Below are positions 1 to 12,345 of a stretch of DNA of 64,000 bases, piece by piece. Source of the DNA: Paramoeba atlantica. Lineage: Eukaryota; Protista; Discosea. A program made the translations under genes and the position numbers. The stretch lies in the NCBI GenBank assembly GCA_977017575.1, contig CDRNVI010000030.1, positions 248,001 to 312,000 on the forward strand, written 5' to 3'. Within the stretch, counting starts at the first letter, position 1; the number at the start of each line of letters is the position of its first letter. The notes under the pieces are model-generated. The model did no database searches, had not been told where the DNA came from, and was given only the letters and a program-made list of their open reading frames with translations.

Positions 1-1025
1 AACCGTACAGATTTGTTAATAACCGTAAATTTCACTAAGATTTCCTCTCCAACAATATCCGGATTCATGTAGCCTCGCCTTCGCCTTCTACGCCCCTGCC
101 CCCACCCCCACCCATTCCACACTTTCTGTTCTTGCACTGAGATAAGTGCGTACGACGCACCGAGACCGCACCGAATCCCCAACCGCAGCCCCTCACTATT
201 AAGTGTTGGTTACGACTCCAGCACTATAATTTCGGTGCGACAACGTTGGAGTTGCAGCGAAACGTCGCGCTGCAGTGTGTAAAATATGGGGATGACCATA
301 ATCGCCGCGAACAGTCTTGGTAGAGTCGCTTCTTGAACATCATGAAGTGCATTCAGGACAACTATAGTTTTCCCATCCCAGAAGAATTTGAGGAAGTCAG
401 TTCCGTTAGTTGCGCATCGGACTACAAGGGATGATACTCTTTCTAATACTTGGACATACTATGTCATACTATGACATAGTAACATACATGTCGTACTATC
501 TGTTTACGTCATACTATGACATAGTAAGAACTGCCTATGACAGTCATAGGTAGTTCTTTTCCGTGTATTATACAGTATATTTTGCTGGGACTCGGGGCTC
601 AACCTGTCAGACTGGAAAAAAACGAGAACACAAATAGAAAAAAATTAAAAATAAGAATAAGAATAAGAAAATAATAGAAAAATGGTTTGGGCACCATGCA
701 AGCAAGGTACTAATCCTTCAAGACATAAAGATACTGTTTCTATACTTGTTCATACCGTCCGTGTTGTTGCGCGCGAGGGCGCTTACCTTTTCCAACGGTC
801 ACTGAGTCTTGCTTACAACAAAACCCGAGAACCGTTCGTCGAAATCTTTTTTCTGCCAAAAAGAACTTCGCGTTTCCATTCGTCGAACAGGACGTCCTGT
901 TCGACGAATATTCATCGAATACCCCCCATCCCAGGAAGCTGTGTCTTCTATGTTGAAAGTAACCACCGCACTTAACGAACTGGCTAATGTTATTTTAAAA
1001 ATAGATTTATTCATCGTTGTTACCA

Positions 1026-2003
1026 TTAAGATAACTTAGCGTATTTTTCTGGTGTATACCTTGTTAGGTTTTTGTCACTATAATGACGACGCCGGGATGC
1101 GTACTTCTTATAGATCACCGTCGTAATGGAGTTCCCACGCATGTCAATCACAATGTGGTCAAGACCTTTGGCTGACAAATCCACCACTCCCGTCAGCTTG
1201 TTGTGCGAGACATCAAGGGTATATAAACTTTGAACACATGTAACGTTCAACGTGCCCTCAAATTGGTTATGTCCAAGGAAAACATGACGCAGAGCCCCAG
1301 GGAGATGCTCAAAATCAAGCGTCCCCGTCAACTGATTGTGATTTAAGTAAATCGCACAGATTTGCCCCGGCAACTGGGAAAAATCAACAGGGCCCACAAA
1401 ACGGCTCTTATGAGCGTACAGGCAGCGTAAATTCGCCGGAAGCTGCGTAAGATCCGCCGGACCCTCAAGCGCGTTCGACATCACATGCAACAGCTCCATC
1501 GTAACCGGCAGCGTGGTAAAATCAAACACCCCCTGATGGCGGTGATCCGCTACGTTAAATTTCACCAACGGGGGCCTTAAATCGGTAGAGCGCAGGGGGC
1601 CCGTGACCCCTCCCGGGGCCCCATCGCGCTCCGCACTCACCTCCACCGTATGCGGGGGGAGGTACCCCCAGGAGAGGTTGCCTTGAAAATAGAACCGTCG
1701 CCATTGCAGGTGGGTGACTTGGGATTCCGGATTACACCGGACCCCTTTCCACGCGCACGCCGAGGGTCGCTTCTCCCATGAGGGGGGGATAAGGGTGGGG
1801 TCGAGGTGTTGCACCAGACGACGCATCATGTCGACCTCCGAGAGGGTCACCGCGCTGACTTTGCTGCCAAACTTGCGCCGTTTCGGGGCAGGCGGCTGCG
1901 GGGACACGTCCGGGGCGGGGAGCCAAGGGGCAGGGAAAAAGACGAGGCGTGTGAGGAGGAGAAAGAAAGGTGAAACGGTGGGCATACAAACAAAATAAAA
2001 CAC
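1026..2003 (-). CDS. LRR protein, subfamily A, with basic N-terminal PAPKRRK motif (true start may lie downstream of the ORF start)
   Basis: Intact 325-aa ORF with WEKRPSACAWKGVRC N-cap, about 7 repeats of LPxxLxxLxxxxNxFxG, and a basic C-terminal tail. Confidence 0.85.
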   Translation of the reverse strand: MFYFVCMPTVSPFFLLLTRLVFFPAPWLPAPDVSPQPPAPKRRKFGSKVSAVTLSEVDMMRRLVQHLDPTLIPPSWEKRPSACAWKGVRCNPESQVTHLQWRRFYFQGNLSWGYLPPHTVEVSAERDGAPGGVTGPLRSTDLRPPLVKFNVADHRHQGVFDFTTLPVTMELLHVMSNALEGPADLTQLPANLRCLYAHKSRFVGPVDFSQLPGQICAIYLNHNQLTGTLDFEHLPGALRHVFLGHNQFEGTLNVTCVQSLYTLDVSHNKLTGVVDLSAKGLDHIVIDMRGNSITTVIYKKYASRRRHYSDKNLTRYTPEKYAKLS

Positions 2004-2217
2004 AGAGAGCTATGGTACAGGAAAAGAGGTAGTGTGATCGCTTCGATGAGGGCTCATATAAACTATCAATGTCTCCTGGCGGGGGAGTACATTAAAATTT
2101 GTTGAAAGGGGGGTAAAGGGGGGCTGTTAAAGCCTCCAGGGGTGGCTGATAAGGATACGTATCAACCAATGTAACCAACGTAACTACCGATGTAATCTGG
2201 ATCATAGAGATTTATTT

Positions 2218-2480
2218 CCCCGGCTTTGGGCATACTTTTACTGTATTTTCATGCCCGTTGCCGGACGGCGATAAGGCTGGAACTGTCCCTCACTCTCGCT
2301 GAAGCAGGGGATGTGCCTTCACCCATCCCCGACTCACTCCCCTTGAGTGAATCCTTCTCTCGCTCGGCTTCTTTCTCCCTAACCCTTACCTCTAGAAGAG
2401 GGCTAGGCGTCGCCTCCCTCAAGGAACACGAGACGCGTCCTTCACTGCCCGCATTTCTCCGCACCTGGGGGTCGCCAACA
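2218..2480 (+). mobile_element. 5'-truncated copy of the SL-headed structured repeat family
   Basis: Clear similarity to 42990-43270 (gggcatactyttactgtattttcatgcccgttgccgg…gactcactccc); the SL head is missing. Confidence 0.75.
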
Positions 2481-2753
2481 TTAATCAGTTTCTGGAAGTC
2501 TTCACGACCGCAGATGAAGTTCCAGAAGAGGTGGCTGATGATTTTGATGGGTCTTTTTCTTTGTTGAATAACCCTATTATTGAAGAACCAGATTCGGAGA
2601 TTGGGGAGCAAGAGGATGACCCAGATGAGTCATCGGAAAGGCAAGAAGTTTTAATAAACCACATACCCGTTTAACATACCTACACTAGCAATCAGCTATA
2701 AAAAATATTCTATTTTTTTGATATATTTACCGGGTAAAACCCCATAATTACAA

Positions 2754-3032
2754 TCACTGCAGGAAAAGAAGATAGCACAAAGACAAGCTTAATATCCAAT
2801 ATGCCACGCCCCGTTCTCCAACACCTTGTTCATACTTTTTAAATACTCTGAACACATTTATTTTTCCATCGTAGATTTTTACCCATTTTCGTACCGTTTT
2901 TTTATCAATTTTATATTTTTTAGAGATGGAAGTGGTGGAAGCACCAGATTTTCGTTCAATAACAAACGAAATGCGCATTGCTAGCGTCGTACGCTCCGAG
3001 TTGAGGTAACTCGGCCTGTGGTTCCTCACCAT
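2754..3032 (-). mobile_element. Transposase N-terminal helix-turn-helix remnant (Tc1/IS630-like or similar)
   Basis: SGASTTSISKKYKIDKKTVRKWVKIY has an HTH pattern; no catalytic domain nearby. Confidence 0.4.
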
Positions 3033-3264
3033 GGGTATAAAACGGGTAGTGTCAATGACAAAAAAGGGGAAAATTTAACTGTACATTGGAAAATCTCATT
3101 TTTGAACAGTATTTTAAGTGCCAAAAGCGTATATTGAGTTCTTGCAAAAAAAGAAGACCGGCAAAGATAGGCTAGGGATCGAGATCTCTCGTTTGCCGCA
3201 GGAATTAGGTCAAACGGACGACCGACCGAAAAATAAAGGGGGGGGGACTTATAGCTGAAAGACA

Positions 3265-3610
3265 GTGTATACCTTGGATAACATACCGGGGGGGGGGGTA
3301 TGTCATTCTGGCCTGCGACACATAACATACCTCCCCCCTCGCCCCACGCCTTTTTTTTGCGCAACGGTACAAAAATCCAACCGTAATATCACGTACTTTT
3401 TTAACAAAATGTTTCTTTTATGCGTTTTTAGATGTATTTTGATATGTTTTAGCATTTAGCACTACACGCGGTACATCTTTAGATACAGGTTCTAACTGTG
3501 AAATTGATTTTCTTCTCTTTCCTATTTCATTACCAGTCTACTTAACATACCTACCTGTACCTTGATAACATACCTATACCTTGATAATATACCGGGGGGG
3601 GGGTATGCTA
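3265..3610. repeat. MITE-like or subterminal repeat with ATAACATACC…GGTATG palindromic motifs; related copy at about 60480-60750
   Basis: Multiple gataacatacc motifs and G-run palindromes in both places. Confidence 0.5.
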
Positions 3611-4389
3611 AATGGGTACGTGGTTTAAACCCAGAAGTTGAACATACAGGAAGCGCTACTAAGCACCGACTCGGGACAAATATCGCAACCCTCGTCCAAA
3701 AATAGAAGGTAAGAATAACAGTTATCGCGTTGACGTCCCGGCTAATGTAAAGCGCATTATTTACAAATATTACGAAGGGCTTTTAGAATCCGGCAACGGT
3801 TCTACCTACGGTCTACTTCCACAAGTTAAACAGTACATTTATTACCAAAATACAAATATCGTGTCATTACTAAAACTCAACTTTTAAAATGGGGAACTGT
3901 TCCAGAAGGCACACGGATCATTTCGAAAGCGTACAGTACGTGGCAGGAGAGTTGCTCTGATGTACAGTACAGTATAGTATGCAAAGACTCGCCGTACAGA
4001 TCGGTGGTCAGTGTGGACCAGAGGAGATCTCTAGAGATCGATGAAGATAATTCTCGAACGCCCCAAAGGGACTACCTGCAGACTCTCCATTTCAACAGCG
4101 GCGAAAATCTGTACAAAAATTCGTACCAAAAAAAAATCCCGCCGCTTTGCGGCGCTGTTCTTCTGAACGATGTGTCAAAATTGCGCTTAAGTGGCCTGGT
4201 TAAACGGTTGCGTATAAGTACGGGGGACAGTATGATAATAATAAAAATAAAAAGGAAATATGATAATACTATCGTTGCAATAGAAAGATAGTAATACAAC
4301 CATACCTTTATATTGTTACGATAGAAAGAAGAAATCAGGTAGCAAAGAGCCGGATCGCGTAATTGAGACGTAAATCGAATGAAAGATTC

Positions 4390-5151
4390 CTAAAAGTTCC
4401 AGACCTCGGAATCGAAAACGTATCGGATAGGCAAAAAACAGTGATACGAAGCGCGCGACGGTAGTTTCTTGATTTGAGTGCCATGTATCTTAGGTGCACG
4501 GACAAACTTTATAGGATCGTACTCGCCTTCAAGATCTGGATTGCCACGTAACCATAAAAATAAGTTGGACGACAGATGTTGAAAATTTACAGGCCCTGAA
4601 AAATTGTTATTTGATAAGTTCAATATGTCTATGGCAACCTGCAGAGCTCCAAGGTCAAGACTCCCCGAGAGATGATTGTCGTTTAAGCGTAACCCCTTTA
4701 ACTCACGAGGTAGTGCGTGAAGAGAAATGGACCCCCGTAAGTTACAACGACTCAAATCAAACCTTCACATGTTTTCCGGCATTTTATCCAAATTTATGCA
4801 ACCACTAAATTTGTTCTTCCGAGCAATGAAGCGTACCGTATTCGGCGGCAAGTATTCCAGGGGGGTCGCCCCCTCTAACTTGTTGCTATAAAGATATAGA
4901 ACACTGCACTTTATACCTGATAAATGTGTCCAATGGGGTGTCCCGCGAAGCGTGCGCCGTACCCAACTAATTCTATATATTTCAACTTTTTCATGGCAAT
5001 GTACTCCATTCCATTCGCACGCTGGAGTGTCCGTAGTCCAGGAGGCATGTGTGTTGTCGATGTCTTGCAAGAATTGAGCTAATTGATATTCCTCTGGAAG
5101 TCTAGCACGGGCCTTTCCTAACCGGATGTGTGGAGGAAAGGAGTCCACCAT
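4390..5151 (-). pseudogene. LRR subfamily A gene with one in-frame TGA (4765-4767); paralog of 8709-9470 and 22839-23600
   Basis: ORFs 4765..5151 and 4390..4755 are in the same frame (…PENM*RFDLSRCNLRG…) and align end to end with the paralogs, including the C-terminal CFLPIRYVFDSEVWNF. Confidence 0.85.
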
Positions 5152-5577
5152 ATGAAGTACGGAGAAATTATAGTACAGAAAAATATAGCGAAGTAAAAAT
5201 CAAAGAAATTAAGAAAATAAAAGAAATTATTCCTCGATTAGTTATTCCTTACCGATTTTGGTTTAAAATTGATTAACCTTCATCAAATTTCCGAAAATAA
5301 TGGCATATTTCACAGCTCTGGCAGTATTGTGATACTGCGCACATATGAACTAAAATGCATCCTGCTCATTTCTCTTTGATCTAGTAATTTATTATAGTCT
5401 AATAGTCTGGATCTTTTTTTCGATCACATGACCGGTTTTTCTCTTTGCGCTGACACAAATTATATTGTACGTAAAAAAGCTCTCCTCGTACAACGGTTTC
5501 ATTTAATAATATACGAATTTAATTTATAAACATCTCATCTTTGTTATTTACATTGAACTTATTCCATGAACACTTTT

Positions 5578-6381
5578 TTATCGAACAGTGACATTCGTGG
5601 CCCCGATGTTGTAAAACATCTCTTCTGGGAATTCGTTCAGAACTAGTTCTCCGAAAAGCTCTTTGTTGTCATTGAGGTATATTTCCTGCAAACTGCTTTC
5701 CCGATGACTGCCGAACTGCACTCTACCACAAAATTTGTTGTATTCACAATAAAAGGAGTGAAGCGAACGAGGCAACTGTTCCAGAATCAACGGTCCACTA
5801 AAGGCATTTTGCGAAACATTGAGCGCATTCAGATTTAACGGCAACTTGCTCAGATTCACTTCGCCGGAAAAATTATTATTCTGGAGTTCTAAGACCTTCA
5901 AAGCGGGTGGGAGAGATGTCAAATCTACACTCCCTTGCAATAAATTTGAGTTAAAGTAAAGTTCTTCCAATGTATCCGGTAAATGAGTCAGCTTCAGTTC
6001 TCCAGTGAACCTGTTGGAGAGCAGGCGCAATTCTCGAAGTGCAGACGGTAACTGATCCAATTCCACGCTTCCACGGAGGTTGTTCGAGTCTCCACGAAAC
6101 TGCCACACGGTATTGCATAGAAATTTCCATCGCAACGAACCTCTCAGACCGCAGAGACCATAATAGATTTCCGTAGCCCTGCCCTCCGTACAGGTCACGC
6201 CCTCCCACTCACATGCAGCTGTCGAGGAGCTCCACGAGGGGAATGGGTTTTCAATATCAGCAACGAACCGCGCGAGTTCGTATTCTTGGGGTACGCTCGC
6301 TCCCCGTACTCGACCAGGCAGTCGGCTCTCCGGACTCCCCTTTGCCACATCGGCCGCGTAGCCTAGTCGAAACATAATCAC
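5578..6381 (-). CDS. LRR protein, subfamily A
   Basis: Intact 267-aa ORF with VPQEYELARF…SWSSSTAACEWEGVTC cap and 6-7 perfect 23-aa repeats. Confidence 0.9.
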   Translation of the reverse strand: MIMFRLGYAADVAKGSPESRLPGRVRGASVPQEYELARFVADIENPFPSWSSSTAACEWEGVTCTEGRATEIYYGLCGLRGSLRWKFLCNTVWQFRGDSNNLRGSVELDQLPSALRELRLLSNRFTGELKLTHLPDTLEELYFNSNLLQGSVDLTSLPPALKVLELQNNNFSGEVNLSKLPLNLNALNVSQNAFSGPLILEQLPRSLHSFYCEYNKFCGRVQFGSHRESSLQEIYLNDNKELFGELVLNEFPEEMFYNIGATNVTVR

Positions 6382-7817
6382 ACTAACAGATAGAAAAAAA
6401 TCTAGGTGAAAAAGTCACGGGTTGTCGATCGATTATGAAGGAAGGGAAAAACGGGAGAAGTTAAAACATACCTATGTGTTCTATGAACACTTTTTTTTGT
6501 TCATTGAACACATAGAACGCATTGAACACTTTTTAGGGAGGTACGCATCCCACGAACATGTTGATTCTTTTTAAAACTTTTTTGTTTTCCGCATATCCAA
6601 GTGACTACACATGCCCTACCTATGCCGTATAAGAATACCGCGGTATGAGGTTCTCTCTTAGTAAGCGTGGCAGCTTTTTTTGCACTCGCCGAACGTAATG
6701 CATTTCTTATTTCAAAATATTTTGTTGTTGTTGTAAAAAATTATTGTTTCCCTCATTTAGTCAAGCATTATTTATTACCCTCAACAATTTCTAATGAGAG
6801 GACGACGTCCCACAGTAACCTTTCGTGCCCGTCGAAGAAAAATGGGAAACCGCCCAAATCGATTACATGGGGAACCAATCCAAATACAAAAATAAATCCA
6901 ATATCCAATAAGACCGACTTAAAGTCGGTTAAAAAGCTTAAAACTTTCACCTTGAAAGCTTTCATCTATAACTTCCAAGTTCAGAGTTTATGTGTCTGAT
7001 ACGGTACAAACAAACAGTATTTTTCCCATAACCTACAAATAATCCTCAAGGTATTTCAAATTTGCAAAGGTACAATTCCATCAATTCTTTCCTTACTACG
7101 CTTTTAAGGTAAGCATAATTAAATAATGCCGTAATTAATATAACACTGTAATCCATTTGCACCCCGATCCATTTCCATCGGGAACCACCCTAATCTATTT
7201 CCATGGGGAACCACCCCAATCTGCTTCTATGGGGAACCAGTACGCTGGGCGCCGAGATGCCAAGTTTGGGGTGCCATAGGAGTAGGGTGGAAAGACTTAG
7301 TTATTCTGGACTCTGACTCGTCTATCAGGAGCGCGTCCTACATAGAGACGCTGAAAAAGGTACCTTTCCCCCAGAATTATATTTTTCAACAAGATCGGGC
7401 TACGGCGCACACCGCCCATACCTCTAAGGAGTATATTACAAATAGAATGAAAGATGTATTGGAAAATTGCCCCCCCCCAATTCACCAGACCTTTCCCCCA
7501 TAGAAAATGTCTGGTCTATATTAGCCTTCATAGCTAAGCCTTCATTTGTCCGATGTGTACTAAAAGCGTGGTCTCGTTTGCTCCAAAACGTAATCGACAA
7601 TACGGTATTAAGCTGTGACTCTCGCCTTAAGCAGTGTATAAAATAGAACGGCGAAAAAGTGATTAAATGGTAATTCTTCTCTAAAATATACGTATTCGCT
7701 TCTTTTTGTTTCGTTTCTTCACGCGCAAGGTCTTTGTGTTGAACCTGCGAGTCATTATTTTGTTGTTTGGAAGCGGATCCTTGTAAAAAATCTTGTTTTA
7801 TAGGCTGGTCCTGATCG

Positions 7818-8370
7818 TTGGGTACTTCCTCCGATGTATCACGAAAAAGGGGAGCCTTCAGCGGTGAAGATATAGGGATAGCCATAGTGGAGGACATTGG
7901 AAGACGCCTAGGTGTCGAAAGAATACTGAAATGGGCTTATTTGATTGTCGACGGTGCTACTACCAACAATATTGTACAAAATGGAACTGAAGAAGAATTA
8001 AGAGCCGCATTTTCAAGCTTTCATTGACTCGGAGATAGTGATTGGACCGCGTTTCATAATGAACTAGGAGTCCATAAACAAAGACTTATTCGGAATATGT
8101 TATTCCATGCACTGGTCACTTCTTGAACAATTTAGCTACTACTGCCATGAAGGATTAGGAACGTACCCAGCTCATTATGTTAAGAAATTACTTAGCGCAC
8201 TCTTTTTGTGGGGATGCGAAGGTTTACACACGGAAGGGTGTGTTTCGTGCACTTGCTGTCGAACAACGGGAAGAGGACTACCAACTCTACAGGGCTCGCC
8301 ATTCAGAGAATCCGAGCCTTGGCAAGGGGGTCTTGTGAATCCTAATCTTGGAGAACGTCGTGCGACACTT
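7818..8370 (+). pseudogene. Degenerate coding remnant, possibly a DDE transposase
   Basis: Fragmented ORFs; YLIVDGATTNN resembles a catalytic D motif; Cys-rich segment downstream; several stops. Confidence 0.2.
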
Positions 8371-10205
8371 ATGGCTTCTTTCCGCAATGCGGTGGACGTA
8401 TTACGCGGTTTAGTTAGCGATCCACATGACGACTTGCTCACTGTACTCGATTCTAGCATGCCATTTAGGAAGGGATCAGCTAACTATGGGGAGGTCTAAA
8501 ATTCGTAAAACTTGTCAAATTTCAGAAAATACACGTACCTAAAAAGCTACTTCTCTCCCGGTTTCAACATATCACGACGCCACCTGGGCAGATAACTAGG
8601 GCTCCTGTCTGGTCTCTTATGAGTTCTCTTATCTCAAAACGCTTAACTCATAAGCCAGGGGGATATAGCAATAAAAAACTATTAAAAAACAATTTGAATT
8701 TAGCTTCCCTAAAAATCCCAAACATCAGAGTCAAAAACGTACCGCAGAGGTAAGAAGCACTCAAGAGATCCTCCTTTCGGTAGTTTCTTGATTCCAGTAC
8801 GATCGTTTCCTATGTGGTTTTTAAAACGGATCGGATCGTACTCACCGATGAGATTTGGGTTATTATCCAACCACAAAATGATGTTATACGGCAGGTTTTG
8901 TAAATCTACAGGCCCGGAGAAATTGTTGTTTGAGAAGTTCAACACTTTTATTGTGGACGGTAAAGCCCGAAAGTCAAGACAACCCGAGAGCTTGTTGTGC
9001 TCTAAGTGCAGCAACATGAATGCGGCGGGCAGTGCGTGAAGAGAAATAGACCCGTGTAGGTTGCACCTCCCTAAATGGAGGGTGTCTAGCTGTTCTGGAA
9101 GTTCATCCAAATTTATGCTGCCGCCAAACTTGTTTTCTCTACCACTAAATATAATAATATTAGGGGGTAACCATTTCAGCACGATCTGCCCCAGCAGGTT
9201 GTTGTTCGCAAGAAAAATTTCAGTGCATTTTATACTTGAAAGATGTACCCAACGTGGCGTCCCGCTGAGAGAGAGCGACGTCCAACCAATCCGGAGAATC
9301 TCACCTCTCGCATTGCACCTCACCCGATCCCATTCACATACGGGAGTATCTCTATTCCACGAAGGATGTGTGTTATCTACGTCGCTTAAAAATTGAGCTA
9401 AATTATATTCCTCTGGCAGTTGAGCTCGCGCTTTTCCTAATCGGCTTTGTGGTAGTAAAGTCTCTGCCATGTGGAGTACAGGAATATGAAGTAAAATCAA
9501 AAGAAAAGAAAATCCTACATATTTGAATTGATTTCTCACGAAGTGAGAATCTTACATGAATTGTTGGGGTGCATATCCTTGTCTCTGAAACAAGGGCTCG
9601 TGACTCGTACAGCCCTCTGATTTCTCACAAGCCCCGTGTCCCTTCTGTGCGTTTCCCTCAAAACAACTGCTGCCCACCGCCGTGTCCGGATGGACTTGTC
9701 ATCTCCCCGGTGAAACCCTGTAGGGCAAAATTTTCAAAAAGATTCTTTATACAAAAATGTAAAAGGTGAAATCAATAGTTGAGGCGAAGCGTGCTGGACA
9801 GAATTATACAGAAATAAAATTAACCGTGACAAGTATTTAACCAGGGCCTTAGAAAAGGCATTCAACGGATGAATTTCACCCTCCTTGCACTGAACTACAA
9901 TTAACTTGCCTGTGCCAAGTCCTCTCCGAGAATGGAAACGCAAATGTAGGCTTTCCTCGCGCACGATCGGGGTACCATTTCTTTTCGTCGAATGAATCCA
10001 CTACATCTGTTTCTTCGTATCTCTTTCGCCCTCTTTCAACCTCGATTCTCCAAAAGTGGCCAAATTTCACTCGCAATACTAGACCCCTCGACACTTACCT
10101 CCTCTCCTCTCTATTCCTCCTTGTCCACGATCCCACAACGTACCTTATTCCATCGCCTTAATCTTTGTCCCCTTCACCAACACCCCCCCTCGCAGCGCCT
10201 TGTGA
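8370..10205. repeat. Segmental duplication, copy 1 (copy 2 at about 22495-24245)
   Basis: Near-identical sequence from cttctttccgcaatgcggtggacg through the LRR gene to …cctcgcagcgcc; copy 2 has an internal deletion. Confidence 0.9.
8709..9470 (-). CDS. LRR protein, subfamily A (start MAETLL at 9470)
   Basis: Intact ORF. The duplicate at 22839-23600 has an indel that breaks the upstream frame, which supports this ATG. Confidence 0.9.
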   Translation of the reverse strand: MAETLLPQSRLGKARAQLPEEYNLAQFLSDVDNTHPSWNRDTPVCEWDRVRCNARGEILRIGWTSLSLSGTPRWVHLSSIKCTEIFLANNNLLGQIVLKWLPPNIIIFSGRENKFGGSINLDELPEQLDTLHLGRCNLHGSISLHALPAAFMLLHLEHNKLSGCLDFRALPSTIKVLNFSNNNFSGPVDLQNLPYNIILWLDNNPNLIGEYDPIRFKNHIGNDRTGIKKLPKGGSLECFLPLRYVFDSDVWDF

Positions 10206-10942
10206 AGCCCCGAAACCGAGAACGCCCCGCAAAGCGCCTTGTTCCCCTCCAGGGACACCGTTCGCAGGGTCTCCGGCAGCCCCTCAAACCCGACCCTCCC
10301 CTCGAATTCATTGTTCTCCCCATACAGCCCAACCAACGACCGCGGCAACTGCTGCAGCTCAATCCCCCCAGAGAGGGCATTATCTGCCACATTCAGATAC
10401 CGCATAGTGGTGGGCAAACGGGTGAGATCCACGCCCCCGGAGAACCCATTATGCTGCAGGTACAACTCTCGCAGTCCGGGGGGCAACCCGGTCAGCTCCA
10501 ACCCCCCCTCCAGCCCATTAAACGCGAAATCCACAATCTCAACCCCGGAGGGCAGATCGGCTAACCCCAACCCTTTCGAGAACCCATTGTAGCAGACATC
10601 CAGAAAGGATAGCTTTGCGGGAAGAGACTCGAGAGGGATCGGTCCGGTGAGAGCGTTGTCGAAAAGACTGCAGTGGTTGAGCGTAGAGGGCAGAGCCCCC
10701 CAGTGCGGGGTCCCGGTGAGATGGCGCTCGTGCCAGTCGAGGGCAGTGACTTGGGGAAGCGGTGATTCATCCTTACAGGAGACCCCCTCCCAGGCACAGG
10801 CGGGGGTGGCTGTGGTCCACGACGGGTCGGCCGGGGTAAGGTTGGAGATGAACCGCGACAGGGCGTATTCCGCGGGGAGGTGGGAGGCGTGAACTTTGGA
10901 GGGGGTAGCGCGGTGGGGGGGAGGGGGGGTGGGAGGATCCAT
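10145..10942 (-). CDS. LRR protein, subfamily A (GC-rich)
   Basis: Intact 265-aa ORF with LPAEYALSRF…SWTTATPACAWEGVSC cap and 6-7 repeats. Confidence 0.9.
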   Translation of the reverse strand: MDPPTPPPPHRATPSKVHASHLPAEYALSRFISNLTPADPSWTTATPACAWEGVSCKDESPLPQVTALDWHERHLTGTPHWGALPSTLNHCSLFDNALTGPIPLESLPAKLSFLDVCYNGFSKGLGLADLPSGVEIVDFAFNGLEGGLELTGLPPGLRELYLQHNGFSGGVDLTRLPTTMRYLNVADNALSGGIELQQLPRSLVGLYGENNEFEGRVGFEGLPETLRTVSLEGNKALCGAFSVSGLHKALRGGVLVKGTKIKAME

Positions 10943-11029
10943 GGGGGGGGGGAGGGGAGGAAGGTTTGGAAGAGAAAAGGGGGTACGATGGTGTAGGGTT
11001 GTTGGGGTTGCTGTTTAAGAGCACGTATT

Positions 11030-12345
11030 TTTCATGCCATACGGGGTCAATTTTTTTTACTGAAAACGAGTTACAAATCTTGGTGTCATCAGTATTGATG
11101 AACAACGATGGCGGAACCGTATTAGCGTGCAGTTTGCTATAAAGTTCCGAATTCTGTGACACATCAATTAGGAATAACTTCTCGGGAAGACGATCGAACA
11201 AAACTAAACCACTGAAACAATTATCACAGTAGTCAATCATTTCCATCGCTGGGGGTAAATGCTGCACGTTTAATGGTCCGGAAAACTGGTTATGCAATAA
11301 ATCACGGATTTCACAACTGGTTCAAAGCCGCTTTTAGTTCGGTTAAATTCGGAGGCAGACGTGTCAAGTCTGCACCTCCCACAAACGTATTGTGACATAA
11401 CCAAATTTGTTCTAGCTTGAGCGGCAACGAATGCAAATCGATCGGTCCGCAAAATAAATTTTTCGACATGTCCAAAAACATAACTTCGGTAGGTAACGCC
11501 GAAAGGGGCACATTCCCGATGAACTTGTTCACATAGCTACAATAATAATTTTTGTAATAATAATTATTAATAATTATTATTATTCAAAAACTCAATTTAT
11601 TGATATTATTAATAATTCAATATGCATTTACACGGGGGGCTTCGAGTGACACATGAGGAATCCCTCGCATGTAGACATATGGTCGGCGTCATTTGCAGCA
11701 GCATGATGGAAGCACCAGGGAAGACCGCGAGGAGATCCAGAAAGATCATTTTCGTTGCGACACATCATACAAATACAGAGTTTGGCATTTCCCGGCCCTC
11801 GATATCAGCACTCCACAAGTTGTTGTTGGTACAGCCCATTTACCTGCGTCAGGTGTAGGCTCCTACTTCCCGCGTAGGTTGAGGTGCATATAATGATGCT
11901 CGAAGCATCAGTATCGACTCCATAAGGAGATCTTCATCAATGCTACTTTTCGGCATGAAAATATTGTTTGATACAAAATTAAGGGGGAGAAATTTGAGTG
12001 TAAAAGCCCAATAATATTTTATTAATAATCTATTAATAATAATTATTATTACCGAACTGAATTATTAATAATCCTGCAGCTATGCTTGTTCACCGAGATG
12101 CGAAACTCACGTACGGTGTCACGCAAGGCATTCCATTGCAGAGATCCTCGTAGATATCTCCCTGTACCAGGAATGGCGTAAAATTCTTCTCGGTTACAGT
12201 CCATTGCACTCACATGCAACGAAGCCTCATTACAACGCACACCTCTCCACCGACATGCCGGCATTGCTGTCTTCCACGAGGGGCGTAGATTTTTAGAACA
12301 TCGGACACAAGCGCAGAAAGTTCAAGTTCCTGCGGTAAATTTTTC
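11030..12345 (-). pseudogene. LRR subfamily A pseudogene split by a hAT-type MITE, with additional frameshifts
   Basis: Fragments NLPQELEL… / PACRWRGVRC…ISVNK and NKFIGNVPLSALP… rejoin in frame when 11532-12084 and one TSD copy are removed; frameshifts near 12270 and 11305; 5' end truncated. Confidence 0.85.
11532..12084. mobile_element. Non-autonomous hAT-like element (553 bp)
   Basis: 8-bp TSD CTTGTTCA (11524-11531 and 12085-12092), TIR CATAGCTRCA, AT-rich (AAT)n subterminal repeats. Confidence 0.85.

Noticed and set aside
3545-3562. SL relic (ctgtaccttg)
   Set aside because: Only 10 nt, inside an unrelated gataacatacc repeat, with none of the family context.
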